Shown: positions 50,200 to 64,000 of the stretch, one piece after another
Layout of the letters: each line of letters opens with the position of its first letter
Position numbering within the stretch: position 1 is the first letter of the stretch
Assembly (NCBI RefSeq): GCF_000150275.1
Contig: NW_002060946.1
Location: 2,933,454-2,997,453, forward strand
DNA length: 64,000 bases
Source of the DNA: Trichoplax adhaerens
Taxonomy: Eukaryota; Animalia; Placozoa
Direction: 5' to 3'
Notes under the pieces: model-generated
What the model was told of the DNA's origin: nothing
The model's input: the letters and a program-made list of their open reading frames with translations, nothing else
The model's database searches: none
Program-made: the position numbers and the translations under genes

Positions 50200-52420
50200 A
50201 GGTTATAATTACCTAAGTTGTTATCAGAGAAAATCTTGCGCCTCTCATATTGCCAATATCAGACAAGTTGAACTATAATATTTGGAAGGTCTGATTTCCC
50301 TACCGTATATAAAGTAGATCTATCAACGAGCAATCGAATTAGAATAGATCTCTTCAACTTTCTAGGGCGGATTCCAAAGGTCTATTGTCTTTATCAAATA
50401 ACATACGTTATGCCTAAAATATACATGTGTAGATAGTATCATTTATTAATAACAATAGGTAAAAAAGCTAATAGAAATTGTTTGAAATACGTAATTAGAG
50501 ATTGAAACTGTTTCGTTGTGTTATTTAATGTAAATATAATCGAAAACAATTTTAAAGATGCTTTTCGTTATTTCTATTCTTAATAAAGTATTTTTGAAAT
50601 CTATTCGATGTAGAAAGTCTTTCAGCTATTTATTAATGGTCGCTGATGAATTATCCAAAATATGACTTGATCTCAATTAATCAATTTAATAAATTAATAA
50701 GAAGCAATAATAATAGTTATGAATTGATACATGCTTGGTAAAGAAGTAAGATAAGACTACGCAGATATTATTTCATTTTCTCATTTAAGACGGTAAAGGA
50801 CGATAACTTGCTCCGAAATTTGCGGAATACTGTTCTTTTTATAATAAATTAGATAGCTCAGCACCACTTTATGATGGATGTGGGTTGCAATAACGTCATG
50901 ACTCCAATAGATTAACTATATTCTAGTATCTTTTTTCAAATAAAATTCTTTAAGCAAATAATCTTAAATTTATGTAAACATTTTTCTAATTTCAGGAATT
51001 TTCTCTTTTCACATTTCTCTAAACTATCACATGGATAATTGTTTAACTGTAAGACTGTACGATACATGTGTGAACATGATAACCAGTCGAAATTTGTTGT
51101 AATAAGCCTTCCATTTCCATTTTCACGTAAGCTATGTAAATACAATACATTAGCATTGCTATTAATTCTTCTTCTTCCGTACAATCGATCTCATTTGAGT
51201 GCGTGATGTAATTTATTACATTATATAAATCTATCAATTATATCGTTGTCCTATCGTTTGATAGGTTATAATTCATTATCGATAGTACAGCTTTATTGAT
51301 AGCGTAAGGTGGTCGTAATATGTCATCAGATAAGAAAAGGATTACTGAGAAATGATATTGTATTACCTACGGCAATACTTACACAGCTATCTTGACTGTC
51401 TTATTTATAAGTTCAAAATAAAGTAATCTAATTAATTCAGTTTAAGATAGACTGTAGCATTAATTATGTATAATTAAAAGGGTTCGTAAGCATCAAATAG
51501 TATAAGAATAGCATAGCCGGCGACAACAATACTATTCCATCATCTATTTCTGTTCTAAAAAATGTACCAGTCATCTTCTTAGTATAAACCAATAAATTTA
51601 TCACCCTAAGTCTGCATCTAGATAGTTAAACTACTACAAAATAAGTTATCTCAGATATTTAAATTAAATATCCCACAAGGAAATATACGTTCTGCATAAA
51701 CTCTTCAATATAATATTAACAGGTTTTTCTAGTCATATAATCTACAGTATCAAATCTATAACATCTGAAACGCTTATGACGTCTACAGGAAGTATACCAT
51801 AGGTATTAATTGCCCGAATTATTTCATAATTTTTGTAAATGTATATGAAGATAACATTACTCATGTTTACCAAATCTCAATGGATTATTATCACCAGGAT
51901 TACAATTAAAAATAATATTAGAACAATTTGCGTGCTTCTGGAAGTTGGATAGATGGAATTAATACATTTTTAAATGGGTTTGAACAGTCTTTTTGTTCTT
52001 CTTTATTTGATAAACAGTCACTGCGCGAGGCTACCACAATAATTATAGGTACAGTATCGAATATTATTCACGATCATCGTCGATATCAACCTTATTCTAA
52101 CTTCGACTTTAGGACCAGAGATAATTGAAATTAATTATCCTTGCTTGAGATCTAAAATAAACACAAGTGTTAAGTTTTTTTTACTTCTTGCCTGAATCCT
52201 TACATTTTCATGAATTGTTTACATAAGATCATAATTCTTTATATTACGTAAACGATAATCCTCGGTTTGGATGTCTTTAGTAGATTTATGGAGTATTTAT
52301 GTTGGAGATTGATTGCTGATTAATACTTGCAGAATAAACGGTTTCATTACCTAGTACTAAGGTAATAATTTGATTGCATACTTAGATATATGCATTGTAA
52401 TTTTCTTCCTTTAAGACTAT
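50200..52420 (-). pseudogene. Degenerate ROCO paralog (ROC-COR fragments, possible C-terminal CARD relic)
   Basis: Collinear fragments homologous to the 36773-41967 gene. ~52414 LKG..YNAYI (same exon start). ~52310-52230 NQSPT*ILHKSTKDIQTEDYRLRN (vs NQAPTQILQKSNKAIEIKTYRIRD). ~52055-51890 VPIIIVVASRSDCLSNKEEQ...IIFNCNPGDNNP (vs LPIIILIASHGDCIPNENEK...IIFNCDPEDNSP). ~51180-51010 EEELIAMLM/YLHSL...TNFDWL...LQLNNYPCDSLEK (vs DEELIKMLMYLHDL...TDVDWL...IQLHDYPFGSLDK). Stops, frameshifts and deletions throughout. Confidence 0.82.
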
Positions 52421-52909
52421 AATTTAATGGAATAGAAAATGGAATGATTAAATTAAATGAGAAAGTACTTGTAAGGACTACATAAACGAGTGAAGTGGTA
52501 GAGCAGATTGATCTTGATTTTAGCTTTGTTGGCAATTTTGTGGGCTAAGCTCTTTTTGACTATCTTCGCTGTTACAACTGGAAGCATCACTGTCACCACC
52601 TGATAATTGAAAGAATTTCAGACAAGTGCGAAAGTACTTAAATAATATCATAATGACTTCTCGCATTTTGATAGCAAAAACTGTAGCTGCTCGAAACTTG
52701 AAATTCAGATGGATAATATATGGATTTTAGTGATTTTATTTTGTATTTACCTTAGAATTATATTAGTGAAAAATAAATTAATCTTACTTCCCTATTCGTA
52801 AGTTCTAATAACGTTACATGATAATAGCTGCTCATTATTTAGGTAGTATACAGCGACACCTGCGCTACGATGATAACTATCATTTAATACCTACAAATAG
52901 TTAGCTTGT

Positions 52910-53195
52910 ATGTAGCTAAATACAATTAAATTGCACAAAGCGATATCAGGAGAGCTGATTTGCATATAGTGACAAAAAAAACTAATAACTATCATTTATT
53001 TAATATTGATATATAGTTATATCGTATATGGTTAAATATAATTTTACAAAGCGATACTAGGAGGGCTAATTTACGCGTAAAGCGACAAAAAAACTTATAA
53101 CTGTTATTTATTTAATATTTATATATAGTATTGCATCTAGTTAAATAGAATTATACAAAGCGGTGCCAGGAGAGCTGATTTACATATGGCGACGA
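52910..53195. repeat. ~2.5 tandem copies of a ~112-bp unit upstream of IQCA1
   Basis: Recurring ACAAAGCG.T...AGGAG.GCT.ATTT...GACAAAAAAA at ~52935, ~53046 and ~53155. Confidence 0.8.
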
Positions 53196-53266
53196 GATTT
53201 CTGCACACCATTCGCATAAATAAATTGTTATTGAGCACGCGCATCACATGCTTACGGTCTGCTCAG

Positions 53267-53279
53267 GTTGCTAAGCAAC
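53267..53279. promoter_or_regulatory. RFX X-box
   Basis: Palindromic GTTGCT-A-AGCAAC fits the X-box consensus and lies ~245 nt upstream of the ATG of a motile-cilia gene. Confidence 0.7.
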
Positions 53280-53523
53280 AACAATCGCATCGCGATAGAC
53301 TAACATTATAGCATGCCTACAGCTAATACACAGATCCCTGTACCAAACAGGAAAGACCGCAGATACAGTCATCGCAAAATATTAACATCTACATTAGGGC
53401 ATAACTACGAAGCCAGTCAGTCACAAATTGATAAACCATCATACTAGTTATCAATGATACCTGAATAACCAGGTTCAAGACATCTCTCTCTGGATTATAT
53501 CAATTAAGACTAGGCATACAAAT

Positions 53524-59732
<6,209 letters not shown>

Positions 59733-61844
59733 TTGAAAATAATTTATAAAATACAAGAAAGCCTTTCATGCTCACGATGATGTTTTACTCCTTAAATGCA
59801 AATGCATCATTGATACGTCCATTAAATTAAAACGATTACATCCTAAAAATTTCCTGTAATTGATGTCAGTAATGGAAATATAGAATTACAACCGCGAATA
59901 GTTCGATATAGACGCTATATTTTATTAAAATATTCGAGACTTTCTATATCACATAATTTTTATTAGTGATCTTTGCAAGTATAAAAGATATATTACTGTT
60001 ACATACTCATATGCTTATCCTACTGCATACTTTAATATTTCGACTATGGCAAGTTATATGTTTAGTATCGTATAGTAGCTTGTTTTGCAATTTACTATCT
60101 GTGCATACAGTATTTACCAAAAATTGAGGGTTTTTAAAATTTAAGGACAGGTACCAATCAGGTGTGCAAAACACATATAGCTTGATAGCAAGGCAATGTA
60201 AATAATTAAAAAATTAACATATCTGTTGCATTATTGTTAGACATCATGAAAAGTATGTCTGTTTCGTAATTTCCATTCTTGGATATTTTAAATTTGAATG
60301 ATATCTTGGCTTCTTGATGTGTTCAATGCATAGCTGCACAGGCAATTAAACGATTGAATAATAGTTGTTATTTTTATTTTTAAGACATGTGCTAATTGCT
60401 GGAATACCGGTATTACGGAACTTACTACCATAAGATATAATACGTATGGTTAAACGATATGCTGAATCTAACTGTAGCTTTACGACCTTAAGAGTTGAAA
60501 CACTTCGGTAATGAATAATATAAATTATCCAAACCACTTCTGCGGATTTCTAGGAATCTATATAATACTGCATAAACAGATTGGCTCTACTGATAATAAT
60601 TATTCAGTACCGTGAGATTAGCAAATATATTACAAGAACCCACGATGAATTTGAGCCTAACTTGTAATTAATCAATATCATCTAATACCAGTATTCGTCT
60701 AATCTATAGTAGACGGTTATAATGTACAAAGAGAAATGTGTATTATAATAATGATTGAAAATAGGTCGATTCTATACAGTGACAGAGCTTATCAAAGTGT
60801 TTTAGCATTAAAACTATTTGTTATGTTGAGATTAAGGATGCTAATCAACATCATGACTAAAGGGCCAGTATACGATGTAATCCTCTGACGACAAAGTTTA
60901 GGAAAGTGTAACCCATAAACAATGCTAAATTATAGCCAATTCAGTTTTACCAGTTTCTATTCATAGAAATAAGCTTTTAATTTCTGATACTTACGAAAAA
61001 CATATTAATAAAGTTAATACCTCATGGTAGGTAAAGTGCATCTAGGACCAAACTCATCACATATTGGAGGTATAACATGGCAGTAGAAAAGTATTAACCA
61101 CAGGATGATTACAAATGTAGTTAAAAGTGGGTAGCTTTCGAGTTGAGTATTTTAGCTACATATTTCTAAAGTAACTACATTTATTATAGCATTAACTATC
61201 ATTTTAATTAAAATTTCATTTAGGCATGCCAAGAAGTTTATAATTCAAATGCGAATTGCATTCAAGACTGTACATTTTGTCAATATTTTCGACAAGTACA
61301 TGCTCAATTCATAAACTATTATTGACTATTATGAATGATTGACATCATCATTTATCCGTAATATTTTCTGAATTTCCTTGGCTTGCATCTGCATATGGGT
61401 CAGGTGGAATTTCAGGAACGACCTAAATTGTAATAATAATGCAGTTATAATCTTACGCAATTTACCATAGTTTGGCATTTCTGAGGTCGAGACACGCATG
61501 CAATACTTAATTATCAAGCTAATTCAATGCTATACGCGTTGGTATTTGCACGATTTTTAATTCTATTGGCAAGATTGATAGCTATAGCACTTTAATGCAA
61601 TTAGTACAATTTACCAAGTTAGGTTTGTAATAATTATGAACCACAGAGGCACCAGCAAGCATTGATACTACACTAGCGGTTATTGTAAGAATGTAACGGC
61701 TCCAAGTAACATTAGCTGGCATCTTCTGTCGATTCTTGAATTTGTCTAGCGCTTTGTCTCCTTTCGGCTTCTTTTCGCACTAAGGTATCGTCTATAGAGT
61801 TGAAATAGATCAAGAATCGGCATCTAAGCAAAAGTCTAGGACTG

Positions 61845-62182
61845 CCATAGATTGAACATTTTGCATTTATTTCATATCAGCTTTGCTATTAGCACATCAT
61901 TCATGGACAATTGGGCACATGTATAAAGTAATCATGTGTCGCATTTACTGTCGACTACATCGATTGAACATTTTGCATTTATTTCATATCAGCTTTGCTA
62001 TAAGCACATCATTCATGGACAGTTGGGCAGATGTGCACAGCAATTATGTGTCTCATTTACTGTCAATTACGTCATTGAACATTTTGCATTTCTTTCATAT
62101 CAGCTTTGCTATAAGCACATTATTCATGGACAGTTGGGCACATGTATAAAACAATTATGTGCCGCATTTACTGTCAACTACA
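61845..62182. repeat. Three tandem copies of a ~112-bp unit
   Basis: ATTGAACATTTTGCATTT.TTTCATATCAGCTTTGCTAT.AGCACAT.ATTCATGGACA.TTGGGCA.ATGT...CATTTACTGTC repeated at ~61851, ~61963 and ~62074. Confidence 0.93.
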
Positions 62183-62902
62183 GTACGTATATACTGTACC
62201 ATTCTTTGATATCAGTTTTAGTGAAAGCTTAGCATGCACAGCTGTATACCATCAATATGTAACAAATAGCTTCTATTTTACTAAGTAATCTCCGATAATA
62301 ATAGGATGCCCACAGCAAGTAATCTCCATATCATGGATGTGTTTTGCTTTGGTAGTCAGTGGCTGTCGTCAACGTGCCTGAGTCATGGCTACCAGTATAA
62401 TTGATTATAACTCTCACAATGCATTTTACAATTTATTACGTTATGGTAGTGCTTAAGGGTTACGCAAATAACATAACATTAATCTCTACTAGCACAATGG
62501 TCATTACCATCAACAGCTGCGCATGGTTGTGTACGTGCTATCCATAAAATGATCGTAGGAATAGCCAATTGTAGAAGGATGTTACTTACAGAAAGTCTCG
62601 TTGCCAACTTGGACCTTAATCATAAATAGCTCTATGCCCGCTCCTAGCATAAAGAATAATGGCATATAACGATAAACGCCAAATTTTCGCTTGATAAAGT
62701 CATACAAATTTTTCATGAGTTAGCCGCAGGAATGATGCCACAAACATTGATGATGGATAGAAGAAGTTGATATTCAAGCATCCATCCACCCTAGACCTGC
62801 TGGCTGCTGCTGTTGAGCAAGTTCAATAACTAGAGTAGACTCTGTACGAGAGATATTTCACTAGGAAGTGTATCCAACCAAATGGTATAGGATTGACTTC
62901 TT

Positions 62903-63382
62903 TAACATTGAACGGTTCTGCTTGGTGGTGTACATTATGCACTGTACTCCACTAACAGACAGACAGAAAGCGCCAGCAGGCACCAAGACATTTCACATTG
63001 ATCGGTTCTGATTGGTGGTGTACATTTTTATGTACTGTGCTGAGTAGTGAGTAGGCTCTACTAACAGACAGACAGAAAGAGCCAGCAGGCACCAAGGCAT
63101 TGAACATTGAACGGTTCTGATTGGTGGTGTACATTATGCACTGTACTCCACTAACAGACAGACAGAAAGCGCCAGCAGGCACCAAGACATTCCACATTGA
63201 ACGGTTCTGCTTGGTGGTGTACATTATGTACAGTACTGTGTTCTACTAACAGACAGACAGAAAGCGCCAGCAGGCACCAAGACATTGATCGGTTCTGATT
63301 GGTGGTGTAGTACATTATGTACTGTGCTGAGTGGGCTCTACTAACAGACAGACAGAAAGCACCAGCAGGCACCAAGACATTT
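62903..63382. repeat. Minisatellite: five ~85-110-bp units upstream of KDM5
   Basis: CTAACAGACAGACAGAAAGcgCCAGCAGGCACCAAG.CATT...CATTGA.CGGTTCTG.TTGGTGGTGTA repeated with length variants. Confidence 0.93.
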
Positions 63383-63404
63383 AAATGGCCTCCCTGCCAG
63401 TTGT

Positions 63405-63805
63405 TGGCACAGTACGCCTGTTCACCCCTACAGTACTATACACCGTATGATACAGTACCTTTGACTAGAATTGACAAGGACTGAGACTGATGTGCTACAG
63501 TACGCCTGATTACGTAGTCAGCTAGCGTAAAGTAAGTACTGTACTGTATTGAACTGCGGTGTATTTACAATAGTAAAATACGCATTGCTTAATATGCAAT
63601 ATTTTAGGACTCGTACACCACCAAATTGACAGTGTTACCACTATTGGACATATTTCTAGCAAGGTGATAGTAGTTAAAATATGCACGTGTCAGGAATGAA
63701 TGATTGGGCGATGATTGGTCAATTTGACTCAAATAAATAGCCACAAACCAATCATACTGTCATAACTTAGCACATGACCAAGGCTGCCATGGCTGCCATA
63801 TTGAT
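63405..63805 (+). promoter_or_regulatory. KDM5 promoter: ACAGT array, multiple CCAAT boxes, YY1-like GCCAT motifs
   Basis: ACAGT/ACTGT at ~63409-63548; ATTGG at ~63643, ~63703 and ~63714; CCAAT at ~63748; GCTGCCATGGCTGCCATATT at ~63783-63802. Confidence 0.5.
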
Positions 63806-63843
63806 ATTTTAAAATTAAAGTTTAGCGTGAGTATTACATATAG

Positions 63844-64000
<157 letters not shown>

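Noticed and set aside
61883-62232. Repetitive ORFs
   Set aside because: They derive from the 112-bp tandem repeat; no splice or homology support.
62500-62790. Hydrophobic broken frames on minus suggesting another membrane-protein relic
   Set aside because: No diagnostic motif; too weak to call.
62903-63382. CRISPR-like repeat array and the ORFs inside it
   Set aside because: The 'spacers' are themselves homologous, the context is eukaryotic and there are no cas genes; it is a minisatellite.

Overview
AT-rich, compact, intron-dense animal genomic DNA with short (~70-150 nt) GT-AG introns. It is most likely a placozoan (Trichoplax-like); this is inferred from intron size, ACAGT/ACTGT arrays at promoters, and the TPR-ROCO and intronless GPCR content. 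Conserved genes, left to right: RBM5/RBM10-like (minus, runs off the left edge), YAF2/RYBP (plus), a complete ~24-kb UBR4 (plus), AMDHD2/NagA (minus), IQCA1/DRC11 (plus, with an RFX X-box) and the first exon of KDM5 (plus, runs off the right edge). Between AMDHD2 and IQCA1 lies a ~17-kb fast-evolving accessory island. It holds an intact TPR-ROC-COR-Death (ROCO) gene with three tandemly duplicated 51-nt symmetric microexons that each encode an NLS-like basic motif. It also holds a decayed ROCO paralog that may end in a CARD, an inverted TPR-only pseudo-cassette, one intact rhodopsin-class GPCR and GPCR relics. Unexplained structured-RNA candidates lie in the RBM5 leader (2.4-3.3 kb), between YAF2 and UBR4 (6.6-7.4 kb) and at 47.0-47.2 kb. 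All splice models were read by eye and are predictions.
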